Source: Ascidiella aspersa (Eukaryota). From it: a DNA stretch of 64,000 bases. Below, piece by piece: positions 37,681 through 48,757 of this stretch. Position numbers and translations under genes: made by a program. The DNA lies in NCBI GenBank assembly GCA_963924565.1, contig OZ004609.1, positions 5,828,001-5,892,000 of the forward strand, in the 5' to 3' direction. Numbering within the stretch: the stretch's first letter is position 1; each line of letters begins with the position of its first letter. Below the pieces are notes generated by a model. That model was not told where the DNA came from. It made no database searches and saw only the letters and a program-made list of their open reading frames with translations.

Positions 37681-40600
37681 ATTCATTCGAATTAAGGCAT
37701 TAGGTCAACAATCACACTAACTATAACACGAAATTTTTTTTATAATAATTCAATATCACTGACAACATGGTAATTGACGCAAATACATTAAAGCAAATAC
37801 AGCAAGACCTGAAAGAGGTAAAAGTTTCAATGAGAACATTAAAAAACATTAAGAAGGCGGTCGAGGAAATCAAAGAAGAAACGGTGGACACAAAAAATGA
37901 AATAATTATGTTACGAAAAGAACTTGAAGAGACAAGAAGCGAAATGGCAACTGTAAAGGTACACAACGAGAAACTGAAAAGGGAACTGCATAGTACAAAA
38001 TATAAACTTGATAAATTACATCAGTATGGGCCACGCGAGAACTAAGAATTTACGGAGTCCCTGAAACAGGGAATGAAATTGATGATGGTGAAGAAAAACT
38101 AACGGATATTGTCAAACCGCTCAATATCCATTGAGAAGTTAAAGACATTCAAAGAGCTTATCGGATCGGAAAAAGAAAGAACAAAAGGAACGCCCAATAA
38201 TTGCAAGATTTATTTCGTATAAAAAAAGAAGAGAATTTATCAAACAAAAAAGATCTTTGTCATTAAAATGTATTTATATTAATAAAGACCTCATACCAGG
38301 CATAAACTGTTATGGTATTTGAAACACCTCCCTGATGTGGAAGCTGCCGGAACATCAAATGAAGTATTAACTTTAAAAATTGCAAACAAATGGTATAAAG
38401 TTGATTCTCCAGAGGACTTACTTCAAACAGGTTTGGAAATTGACTGGCTAGAAGTTGCTAAATTCTACTAAGGTCTCGCATAATGTTTTTTTTTTTATTG
38501 ATTTGACGACAATCAGGTGTCAGTCTTACGACTGAAGAAAACCTTTTGTCGCGACACCAATTACAGCGAGTAACAAACAATTTTAAGGAACAACACGTAA
38601 TAAATTAATACTGGACACTGGAAAGAAATTGCATCAAAATCTACAAGAAAACAGAGAACAAATTGCGCTCAATAAAACGGAAAACGGACCTTTCGGCATA
38701 ATGTTTTTCAACTACTGGCGTCATTTAGCCTTTTTTATTGTTTGTTATGACAACAAATCTACCTACAAATATTGAAATTTCAAATATTCTCAAAGAAAAT
38801 AGCTGAATGCTCCTATTAAGATGAAAAAAGTTTAAATTATACTTTACGCAACAATAGCCAAAATATACTTTTCATTATACACAAAAATATACGTAGCCAT
38901 TCAAAAAATAAACACAAACTAGAGGAACTACTAAATACTTTGACTATCAAGCCAAATATAATAATGTTATCAAAAACAAAAATTCAAAAGGATAACTGTA
39001 ATTTTGACGTCAATTTGAATGGTTATGATTTTTTCCATAATGACTTGCCATGAAATGCGGGAGGGGTAGCTGCTTACATCAGTTCTAATATTAAATCAAC
39101 AATTCTACCACACATACAAATACATACAAATGAGGAAATGCAATGTGAAAACTTATGGATCAATGCAGCAATAAACAAATCTCAAAATACAATTGTGGGC
39201 ATCGTGTACAGGCATCCTGGGTTAAAATTTAATTTATTTGAAGAAAATTTTGTTAAAAATTTAGAAAATTTGCCAAACGAAAGATCAAATTATAGGGGGA
39301 GATTTTAACATTAATTTGCTTCAAGGTACTATTTCTAGGAACACTAACAACTATAACACCAACATTTTAAGCACTGGAACAAACATTTACATCAACAAAC
39401 CCACTAGGTTTCAACATCACCACAATGACTCATTACTCGATCACTTTTACTCTAATGCAATACACCAGCACATAACACCAAGTATCCTAGAATACGATAT
39501 CTCTGACCATTTACCAATATTCTTGATAGCAAAAAATTCCATACATATCCAGGACAGGCAACATTTAAACGGGACAGCTCGCAATTTAACAAAGAGCAGT
39601 TTTTAGATGACCTAACAATCAAATTATATTATGAACATCCAAAAACAAATTTCATTAATGATCAATTTCTCTATCTCATAAATACATTCAATAAGACTCT
39701 TAATAAGCATGCACCTCAGCGCCTACTGACACGCATAGAGAAAAAACTTTCAATAAAACCCTGGATAACAAAAGCTAAAGGTTAAAAATAAAATGTTTCG
39801 CAAATGCTACAGGACAAACAACGAGGATCTAATTCTGAAATATAAAGCCTCCAACAACAAATTATCTCATATTAAAAAACTCTCAAAATAAATGAACTTA
39901 CATAAACAACTGCAAGAGAGCAAAAGCTCCACCGAACCTGGAAAATAATAATAAAATCATTACAAAACAAGGAAACAAATAAAGTAATTACCACAATAAG
40001 ACATAATAACTTGGAACTACATTCACAAAATAAGATGGCCGTAGCAACAAACACTTTAATAAAATTGGACCAGAAATGGCAAGGCAAATACCTTTATCCC
40101 AAGGATATTTTCAAGAGTACTTAAAAACATCAGATTCACCGGTTAATTCTTTTTACTTTTCACCTGTTTCTGAATTAGAGATAAAACAGTTTATTATATC
40201 CTTAAACCCAAATAAATCCAGAAATTCCCAAAATAACGCCTGTGCCAAAAACCTCACATACCAAAACGCCACGCATGATTATAGGCCAATAGCAGTAACA
40301 TCGGTATTTAGTAAACTCTTAGAAAAAGTATTATATACCCAACTTCAATTTTTTTCTCAAAAAACAAAACAATAACACAGCATCAACATGGTTTTAGAAA
40401 ACATCATTCCACAGGACTTGCAACGGCACTACTATACGAAAAATTGTTATCAAACCAAGACAAACACAATCACAGTTGTGTAGTGTTTCTAGATTTGGCA
40501 AAGGCCTTTGACACTGTTGACCATGAAATTTTATTACATAAGCTTAATCACTACGGTGTCAGTGGCCCACCGTTGGCATTACTATAAAGTTTTTTTAAAA

Positions 40601-42520
40601 ACCGGCAACAATATACAAAAGTGGGTTCTCACATTTCACCTTGTTTAACGCCTGTATGCGGTGTCCCGCAGGGATGTATCTTGGCCCCCCTTCTTTTTCA
40701 AACATATATTAATGATTTGCCGGCAAACACTAAGATTAACTGCAGCCTATACGCCGATGATATTGTGTGTTGTACGTCTCTCATTCCAATCTGAAAAGCC
40801 TAGAAAATATAATGCAAAATGAAATACAGAAAATTGATGATTGGTTTTGCTGCAACAAATTATCTATAAATTATTCTAAAATTCATTGTGACAGATTTAA
40901 AACATAAAAATTGCAATAATCTGTGTAACATAAAAAATAGGGGAAAAACATTTGATCAAGTATCTTCTGCAAAATGTTTAGGCCTTACTATGGACAACTA
41001 ACTAACTTGGTTACCGCATATTTAACAAGTAGAACGAAAAGTCTCCAAAGCAGTTGGTCTTCTAGCTAAAATGAAATTGTACCTAAATGTAAATTCCTTC
41101 CACCTTGTTTGTTACAGTTTAGTGAATACACACCTACAGTATTGCGTTCTAAGTTGGGGTAGAGCTTGCTTTTCAAACTTAAAACACATCACAGTCCTAC
41201 AAAACAAAGCTATCCAAATTTTAAGCAGTAGCCCTCCCAGAACAAGATTATTGCCGTTATACCAAGAGCACGCCATTCTAAAATTAAATGACATATTTAA
41301 ACTTGAAATCCTCAAACCAGTACACAAATTTCAAACTAAAAATTTACCGGATGCGATTTCCAGTTTGCTTGTACCCTTAACCACTATACACTCTTATAAT
41401 ACACGTCTACAGGATCAGCAAAACTATTCCGACCTAAAGTGAAAACAGAATCTGGAAAAAAGATCTTGGCATATTTAGGCACAAAACATTGGGAATCTAG
41501 TCCTTCTAACCTTAAATCACTTCCCTACAAATCATTTGTACGTTCACTAAAACAAGCTTACTTTAAATCATACCACGTGTGATCAAAACAAACCAAAACT
41601 TCAAACCGACGTGCCTGAAAAAAAAAATGGTAAACGCAGCCTAGCAACCGTCACGCTTGAACAACCTCCAGGCACTAAAGAGCCTCTTAATTCGTCTGTC
41701 GTTCCTGTATTATTGGTTTATTTTTTTGGCTGTTGTTACGTTTCCGCTCTGTTCTGTCCCGTTGTTGTACTTTTTGTTTATGGTTGTCGTACCCGTTCCT
41801 GTATAATTGGTTTATTTTTTTGGCTGTTGTTACGTTCCCGCTCTGTTCTGTCCCGTTGTTGTACTTTTTGTTTATGGTTGTCGTACCCGTTCCTGTATTA
41901 TTGGTTTATTTTTTTTGGCTGTTGTTACGTTCCCGCTCTGTTCTGTCCCGTTGTTGTACTTTTTGTTTATGGTTGTCGTACCCGTTCCTGTATAATTGGT
42001 TTATTTTTTTGGCTGTTGTTACGTTTCCGCTCTGTTCTGTCCCGTTGTTGTACTTTTTGTTTATGGTTGTCGTACCCGTTCCTGTATAATTGGTTTATTT
42101 TTTTGGCTGTTGTTACGTTCCCGCTCTGTTCTGTCCCGTTGTTGTACTTTTTGTTTATGGTTGTCGTACTTCTACTTGCCTTTTTTTTATTCTATGACAA
42201 TTGTGTCGTTCGCAAACTGTCCCCCTTCTGTCTTCTCTGTTGCACTGCTGCCCTTTGTTAGTTCTAAATTTGTTTGTCTGTACCTGTTTTGTATATACAA
42301 GCGCTGTTCACTGATGTAGTGGCCTCCATTGCGGCCGAAATTGTGTTGTTTTATTGTCTTTATATTGGTTACCTAATCAATTATTTCTTCTCTTAAACGT
42401 AGCCTATACCTACAGATCTATTCCGATTATATTGCGATCAGAGAGCGGCTGACTTTGATGACCTAACGGTGTTTCGCTGCTCCCTGGGAACCTTCTTTCC
42501 AAATAATAAACTATCTATCT
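37681..42520 (+). mobile_element. Degenerate near full-length CR1-group (CR1/L2/Crack-like) LINE
   Basis: ORF1 has a coiled coil plus an RRM-type segment (QYGPREN*..YGVPE..R.IGK..RPIIARF) from 37767. ORF2 has an APE endonuclease (GGVAAYI, VYRHP, GDFNINL, SLLDHF, SDHLPI) and RT ([40 protein letters not shown]), with many stops and frameshifts. The 3' end has a stem-loop, AATAAA and a CTATCTATCT tail. Confidence 0.92.
41701..42169 (+). repeat. Minisatellite: 5 near-identical copies of a 94-bp unit within the LINE 3'UTR
   Basis: Units start at 41701, 41795, 41889, 41984 and 42078, with no spacers. Confidence 0.95.
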
Positions 42521-42522
42521 GT

Positions 42523-43070
42523 GAAAAAAGTCGTTTGGGACGGATTTCAGCGATAACACAAACCTGGCATCGTTCGCCAAATCCTACTTCAACCTTGGCC
42601 TGGCTTATCAAGCTAACGAGATGAACGCACAAGCTTCATTGCATTACTGGTTTTGTCTTGACGTTTGTCTCATAGCGGGCGACCCATCGTTAAAAGGTTT
42701 GAGCGACTTACGAAGCCCACATGAGCCGATTAAGATGGGTCGTGGCTGAGGTTTTTTGCGGACTTATATAGCGAGCTCCTTTGTAGGAATAGGCACTGTA
42801 ATGAAAAATTTCAATATGTGAGTTTTTACCAGCTGTCTTGCGTATGACTTCTTTAATGCTGTTCTATAAATTTGACTCTTGTTAATTTATCAAATAGAAA
42901 TCCTTAAGTCGCCACTCTAAATCTTTAGCTTTTGGTTTTATTTTACTTTTGTTTTTCCTAATTTGCCGCTTTTGTTTGATTCTACTGACGCTTATAGTAT
43001 CAAAAAACAATTTATTCATATTTAAGAAAATACATGATTTCTTGTTTAGTGCAATAACAATTACCGGTTA
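42523..43070 (+). pseudogene. NTase-TPR pseudocopy, part 2 (C-terminus and 3'UTR)
   Basis: Homology resumes where part 1 stops (AAAAAAG..GGATTT..ACAAACCTGGCATCGTTCGCCAAATC, matching about 48430 onward) and continues through the stop codon and about 250 bp of 3'UTR. Confidence 0.9.
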
Positions 43071-44039
43071 TATAAACTTAAGTATGCGCCCAGCGAAATG
43101 TTTTTTTTGTCTGTTGTTGCCCCTTTTACAACTTTGAGCTTTTCACTGTGCAGGTTTGCTCTGTTGATTCAGTGGTACGGTTACGCTTCAAAGAATATAA
43201 AAAAAGGCCGAGGTTGCAACCTTCACACCAGACGCAGGGCTCGAAATGGTGCAGGTGTATGACAGTGCTGTATGACCGTATGGCGTATGTGTACCGTTAC
43301 CCAGTCATACGTGGAGCTGGTAGCATACAGCTTACGTTAAATTCTGCAATGCTCAACCAAATGTTAATCTGCAATGTCCAACCAAAACTGAATGATCAGT
43401 ATAGAGAAGCCGAGGTGTTAATTTGCACGTGGTAAGGAAATAAGGCTATCGTTGGCCGCAGAAGCATTTTGTACGACACATTTCAATCTCTGCGCTGTAT
43501 TGCGCTAAAACAGGAACCGCTTAGATTCGTTCAGCTTTCTGTTTATGTATACGGGTCATTCTTATAAGGTAATTGTCGTAAAGGTATTGTTATGAGGTAA
43601 AACTTAAACATAATTTTAAACTTTGTTTTGGTAAATTAAACTGTTATCATCAATCGTTGCTGTTTGTAGCTGGAGAACAGAGTAGAAACGCTTTTGTAAG
43701 ATGTAGAACAGTAACCACAATGAACAATTGGGTCGAATTACTACTGGCCTTATAAAACCTGTGACTGACGTTTAGTTGGTTATGTTGCAAGCAGGGATAC
43801 CACAAAGCGTTATCTTCAACGGTTTCATGCAATGAAAAGCAAGTTCAAAATGCCAGTGTTTGGTAATATCTACTCGCCGTTTCATTATTATTCAGACTTA
43901 ATACCATAGGTGAGGGCATTTATGACATATGGTACGCTTACCCCAAAAAATTGCAACAAAAGGTTTTTCAACTGATTTAATTAGTAATGAGTGTCAGTTT
44001 TAACATATCAAAAATCTTAAGGATTCCAATTTCCGGAAC

Positions 44040-45160
44040 GTGGCTATTTTCAAGATGGCCGCCAAACCTTAAAATGACAGAAAATTGGTCATAACTCAGT
44101 CATCTTATGACCAAAACATGTAGTTTTGTAGTCTTTATGTAGGTTTTTATACCTCTTGAAGTCGATGAAACTATTCTCAGACTTATTGAATTATCTGATA
44201 GCTTATAAATATAACATGGCAATCCAAGATGGCTGCCAAAACAATTAAAAATGAACAATAATAATGTATTGGTTATTAAAAAACGGTGAATTTCTATATA
44301 TATTTGGGTAAACTTAGCAGACATAAAGAGTTCATACAATGTTGTCATGTATACTTCTGACCTAATCAGCGTAAAGAAAGCACATGGGCCATGTTTTGCT
44401 AAAGCTCGTCGCTGTCACTCTCTATGTCAGTGGTTTTCAACCTGGGGGTCGCGACCCCCGTGTGGGTCGTTTGCCTTTTCTCTGGGGGTCGCGAAGACGA
44501 CAATCAAAAATACAAACCACTATTGCTAGAATGAGAATGAATTAGCATAAAAAATAACTGTAATGATATTAGTGAATGTTTAAACAGTTGAATAAAAAGT
44601 TGAATATTCAAACACTGAACGGCCAGAAGGCAAGTTGTGAGATAGACCTTTTGTAACAGTACAAACTTTTAAAGACAGAATTCACAACTTAAACACGTGT
44701 TTACTGTACTGCAAAAAAAATTTTAACGTTGTGACGAGATTAGTTATCACAAATACTGATTATTATTACATCACAATAACGAATATTATCACGAGAAATA
44801 TTTGGTTATGTTGTCACAAATAAAACATAGTATCTTAATACTGTGTCTTTAAATAAATGTTTGTGCCATTTTTGTGCTATTGCGCATACACAAATGCATA
44901 TGCCTGAAAGGGGGTCGTTAGTTATATTGGGTTGTTAAAATGGGTCGCGTCATGTAAAAGGTTGAAAATCACTGCTCTATGTCATCGTCTGTAATGATGT
45001 AATTTCTGTATTGGTTGTCACGTAAACCAGTTTGGCATGGCACACATCCAGCATGGCATGGTAGTCCACATCTCCGGCAACTACAGTGAGGTGGACACGA
45101 TTCGCATTTGCAGTGTATTATTTTTAGTAGGTTGTCCGGGGCAGCTTTCATGTCCGTCCT
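44040..45160 (-). mobile_element. DNA-transposon remnant (Academ-like) with a C-terminal Cys-rich domain, interrupted by the hAT MITE
   Basis: AAPDNLLKIIHCKC...CSCRRCGLPCHAGCVPC at about 44990-45151; repeated CAAGATGGC(C/T)GCC motifs at about 44051 and 44225. Confidence 0.4.
44428..44974. mobile_element. hAT-type MITE (547 bp)
   Basis: TIRs CAGTGGTTTTCAACCT / AGGTTGAAAATCACTG; 8-bp TSD CTCTATGT. Confidence 0.9.
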
Positions 45161-45610
45161 TTAGGTAAAATTACTTAACATAATACTTTTTGACAAATGA
45201 CTTCACTTGGACATCATTGAGTCAATTAACTTGGATTGAAATTAAGTGATTCCAATTTTTCATTGTTATATAAAAGCGTGCAAAAACATTTGTTCGCTAT
45301 ATCTTCAGTTTTTTTATTGGTTGTTAAGTTATTGCTCAATATAGGACGAGTTCACCTATAGCTTAAGGTTTTATTCTTGTATCAATGACTTGATTTGAAG
45401 TTGACTTGCTCTAATAATGACTTGACCGGGGCTTGACTTGGGCAACTGATGACTTACAGTCAACTCTGTTGTGAAAAAGTCAGGACTTGTGCTTATATCA
45501 TTCTATAAATGACTTCACTGGTGTTGTGTCATTTCAAACTGACTACACTGGGATAATACATTGTTGTTGTTTTTGTCGAAACAGCATTTTGAGTAACATT
45601 TTTGTGCAAC

Positions 45611-48600
45611 ATGGAAGGTCTGGCAATTCCGAGCTTGGAAGAGACAAAGATCGCTCACTTGGCTGCTGAACTGAAGGACAAGTGCCACCCGAACGGAAAA
45701 GAAATTGACCCCAAAGAGACGGCAAAGGTGCTGCACAGACTGGGCAAAGCGTACAGCGAGATCGCAGAGTTGTACAGAGAAAGCGACCCGTACAAAGAGA
45801 AAATCTCGCTGATTAGGAGCGCGGTGCTGTACAACGCCGCCTTGGTCAGGAACGTTGACAGCAGGGAAGAGGTTAAAAAAGACCTTGAAGTTCTTTGCGC
45901 CCGCGTTTTGTCACAGGCCTTAGGCTCAGATGGAATAGCAGATGGGCTTAATGATTGTGTCATTAGATGCAAGCGTAAAGCGACAGCAATGCGAAATATC
46001 GTAATCGAAACCCTGAATCATATTGGCGAAGAGATGCTTTGTAACCAAAGGACGAGGGCCGTAGAGGCGCTGCAGGAAAGGGTATACATCGACTATGGGG
46101 AGATAATGAAGGACGTGATGGCGTTTTGCCTGAACGCGTTCGGCGACGCGCCCTGTCGTTTCGCCCTGGTCGGAATGGGTTCGTATGCTCGCAAGGAAAT
46201 AACTCCCTTCTCAGATTTCGAGCATATCTACGTTCTGGATGACGCCGTAAAGTCGCGCGACGATTACGTCCAAGTGCTGGAAACGTTCAGGTGGATGACC
46301 GTGCTTTTCCAGCTGGTCGTTGTCAATATGGGCGAGACCCTGGTACCGCACGCTTCCCTGCCTTTGATCAATGACCCAGCGAGTGGAAATGACTGGTTCT
46401 TTGACGCTTACACAACGCGCGGCATCTGCTTCGACGGTATGGTGCCCTTTGCGTGTAAGTTCCCGCTGGGCATGCCGCCCACAGACCACAAACCGTGGAA
46501 GGTGGAGCTCATCAAACCGGTGTCCGACATGCTGTTTTATCTATCTGAGGACCAAGACATAAGGAACGGCTATCACCTTGCCGACATGCTCACCAAGACT
46601 GCTTATGTTTGCGGCGACAGGTGTGTATTCCAACAGTTTGAGGACGGCGTCAGACAAGCTCTCCACTCAGGCTTCTCGCGCCAGCAGCTCTGCAAACAAG
46701 TGAAAGAGGACTGGCGCGACTTCAATCTGGTGGTGAAACTCTTCACGATCACGAACGTTCCCAAGGTGAACATGAAGCGCATCATCTACCGCAGCGTGAC
46801 CCTCTTCGTGGCATCGATGGCGCGCATTCACCGCCTCTTCGCTAAGTCGTCGTTCGACGTAGTACGGTCTCTTGCGGCCAAAATGGATTACGAGAACGCA
46901 GAGCGGGACGACTTGCTCTTCGCTGTGGCTGTGGCCTGCGAGGTAAGGCTGCGACTGTACAGCGAAGGCTGCGGGGAAGCTGACTGGTTGGACACGCGAA
47001 GGCACGACATTCCCTATCGCGATTTTCTGCTGCAGACTTTCGGGCTCGAGAACACGGTTCGCTTTCTGGTCGCCACTTGTAGGCTCCAGATGTCGGTCGG
47101 CCTTGACCTCTTCCCGGGCGAGGATGGACCGATTAACCCGAGCGTTCTCGAAGTAAGAATGCTCGGAGCGTTGAAAATGCACCGCAAGGCAATTGAGCTG
47201 TGCGAGAATTGGCTTCGAGAGAAATCCAAAGAGGAAAACCTGAAGGACTGGCGGCTGTTCGTTGGCTGCTTGATAAAGCAGAACTATCTGGTGGGAAATT
47301 ACACCGAGTCCATAACTGGGTCCAAGTTGTTCTTAGAGGAAAGGAACATCGACTCGGTTTATCTCAGATTAGCTAACAACACGATCGGCGACTGCCATTT
47401 TATGAGGGCGGAATACACAGAGGCGATCAAATACTACGAGCAAGCGGCGGAGATCAACCCTCCTACAGAACACAGAAGGCAAACGCTCCTGACCACCCTC
47501 AAGTGCGTAGCTTTGTGCTACTTGCGACTGGGTAAGTTTCAAGCAGCGGCGAAAGTTCTAGACAGCATTTGGTACAAGTGGAAAAGCAACCAGGCCTTCA
47601 CCTACTTTTGCCTGGACGCCTCGGCAACCTGCTACTTTGAGCTTCAGCGTTACGACGTCGCCCTCGAACGGAGAGAAAAGTGCTTGGGCGTCTGCCGCAA
47701 GATGGCGGACAACGAACAGCGCGACGCCAACGTTGCCTCGCAGAGCTTGTATTTAGGAAAATACTACGTGAATCTTGGAGACTTAGAAAAGGCCGAACAT
47801 TATTTTGCTGCCGCTCTTTCAATACTCAAAAAGACAACGGAAATTAACAATATCGAAACGGCCGAGTGCTTCGCCTGTATGGCAGAACTTAAACAAAGTC
47901 AGGAACTATATGCGGAGGCGCTTGAACTAGCAAACAACGCACTGAAGCAGGTGGAAGTCGCGAAGGAACACGTCCACGTATCAAGCATGGTTAAAATGGC
48001 TTTGTCAGAGGAGGACTTGATCTACATGAGGGAGCGGCACCTAATATTCGCCAGCAGTCCCACGCTGCTTGCTGCCGAGACTGCCGCTAAATGTCGCGAG
48101 ATAAAGGCCATCTGCTTCAAAGAGATGGGGAAGTATTCCGAGGCAGCAGAGTTGTTTGAATCAGAGCTTCAGACCTACCAATTGTTGATTGGGGAGCCGA
48201 ACAGCCAAGCTGAGCAGAAAATCATCGAATGCTGGACGAACCTGTCGCTGTGCTACGACAAATCCGGACAGCACGAGGATTGCATGCGAGTCTCGCACAA
48301 GGCCGAGGAATATTACAGTAATCGTGGCATCCCGGATTCCGGCTTTCGCCAAATGGTATGCATCTCGCTGATGCGGTTAGAAAGATACAAAGAGGCACTG
48401 CGCTGTTGCCACGAAGATTTAGACGCTCTAAAAAAAGCATGTGGGGCGGATTTCGACAGCGAGACCACAAACCTGGCATCGTTCGCCAAATCTCATTTTA
48501 ACCTTGGGCTGACTTATCAAGCTAACGAGATGAACGCACAAGCTGCATTGCATTACAAGTTTTGTCTTGACGTTTGTCACAAAGCAGGCGACCCATCGTT

Positions 48601-48757
48601 AAAAGGTTTGAGCGACTTTAGCGCTGAACAAATAGCTTCAATTAAAATCGAAGGCCACATGAGGAGATTGAGGTTGGTCGTGGCTGAGGTTTTCTGCGGA
48701 CTTATAGCGAGTTCATTTGTAGGAATAGGCACTGTAATGAAAAATTTCAATATGTAA
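45611..48757 (+). CDS. Intronless GlnD/GlnE/DUF294-type nucleotidyltransferase + TPR-repeat protein, 1048 aa
   Basis: 3147-nt ORF from ATG 45611, with an in-frame TAA at 45593. Pol-beta NTase motif FALVGMGSYARKEITPFSDFEH (core 46172-46222); distal D in GICFDG; helical substrate-binding segment (NMKRIIYR...ACEVRLRLY); TPR-like repeats (IGDCHFMRAEYTEAIKYYEQA, LGKYYVNLGDLEKAEHYFAAA, FNLGLTYQ). Confidence 0.88.
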   Translation: MEGLAIPSLEETKIAHLAAELKDKCHPNGKEIDPKETAKVLHRLGKAYSEIAELYRESDPYKEKISLIRSAVLYNAALVRNVDSREEVKKDLEVLCARVLSQALGSDGIADGLNDCVIRCKRKATAMRNIVIETLNHIGEEMLCNQRTRAVEALQERVYIDYGEIMKDVMAFCLNAFGDAPCRFALVGMGSYARKEITPFSDFEHIYVLDDAVKSRDDYVQVLETFRWMTVLFQLVVVNMGETLVPHASLPLINDPASGNDWFFDAYTTRGICFDGMVPFACKFPLGMPPTDHKPWKVELIKPVSDMLFYLSEDQDIRNGYHLADMLTKTAYVCGDRCVFQQFEDGVRQALHSGFSRQQLCKQVKEDWRDFNLVVKLFTITNVPKVNMKRIIYRSVTLFVASMARIHRLFAKSSFDVVRSLAAKMDYENAERDDLLFAVAVACEVRLRLYSEGCGEADWLDTRRHDIPYRDFLLQTFGLENTVRFLVATCRLQMSVGLDLFPGEDGPINPSVLEVRMLGALKMHRKAIELCENWLREKSKEENLKDWRLFVGCLIKQNYLVGNYTESITGSKLFLEERNIDSVYLRLANNTIGDCHFMRAEYTEAIKYYEQAAEINPPTEHRRQTLLTTLKCVALCYLRLGKFQAAAKVLDSIWYKWKSNQAFTYFCLDASATCYFELQRYDVALERREKCLGVCRKMADNEQRDANVASQSLYLGKYYVNLGDLEKAEHYFAAALSILKKTTEINNIETAECFACMAELKQSQELYAEALELANNALKQVEVAKEHVHVSSMVKMALSEEDLIYMRERHLIFASSPTLLAAETAAKCREIKAICFKEMGKYSEAAELFESELQTYQLLIGEPNSQAEQKIIECWTNLSLCYDKSGQHEDCMRVSHKAEEYYSNRGIPDSGFRQMVCISLMRLERYKEALRCCHEDLDALKKACGADFDSETTNLASFAKSHFNLGLTYQANEMNAQAALHYKFCLDVCHKAGDPSLKGLSDFSAEQIASIKIEGHMRRLRLVVAEVFCGLIASSFVGIGTVMKNFNM

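Noticed and set aside
37358-37720. 120-aa TPR ORF as an independent gene
   Set aside because: It is a fragment of the pseudogene reading into the LINE 5' end.
41701-42169. CRISPR-like array or protein-coding ORFs (41611-42319)
   Set aside because: The 94-bp units are contiguous with no unique spacers and there are no cas genes. The overlapping ORFs arise because a stop-poor unit cycles through the three frames.
45655-48479. Antisense and alternative-frame ORFs over the NTase-TPR, GNAT and intelectin genes
   Set aside because: These are shadow ORFs of GC-rich coding sequence with no recognisable domains.
45611-48757. High GC content as proof of horizontal transfer or contamination
   Set aside because: The host SLC23 exons are also GC-richer than introns, and the gene has a local paralog split by a host LINE. 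Only a phylogeny can test horizontal transfer.
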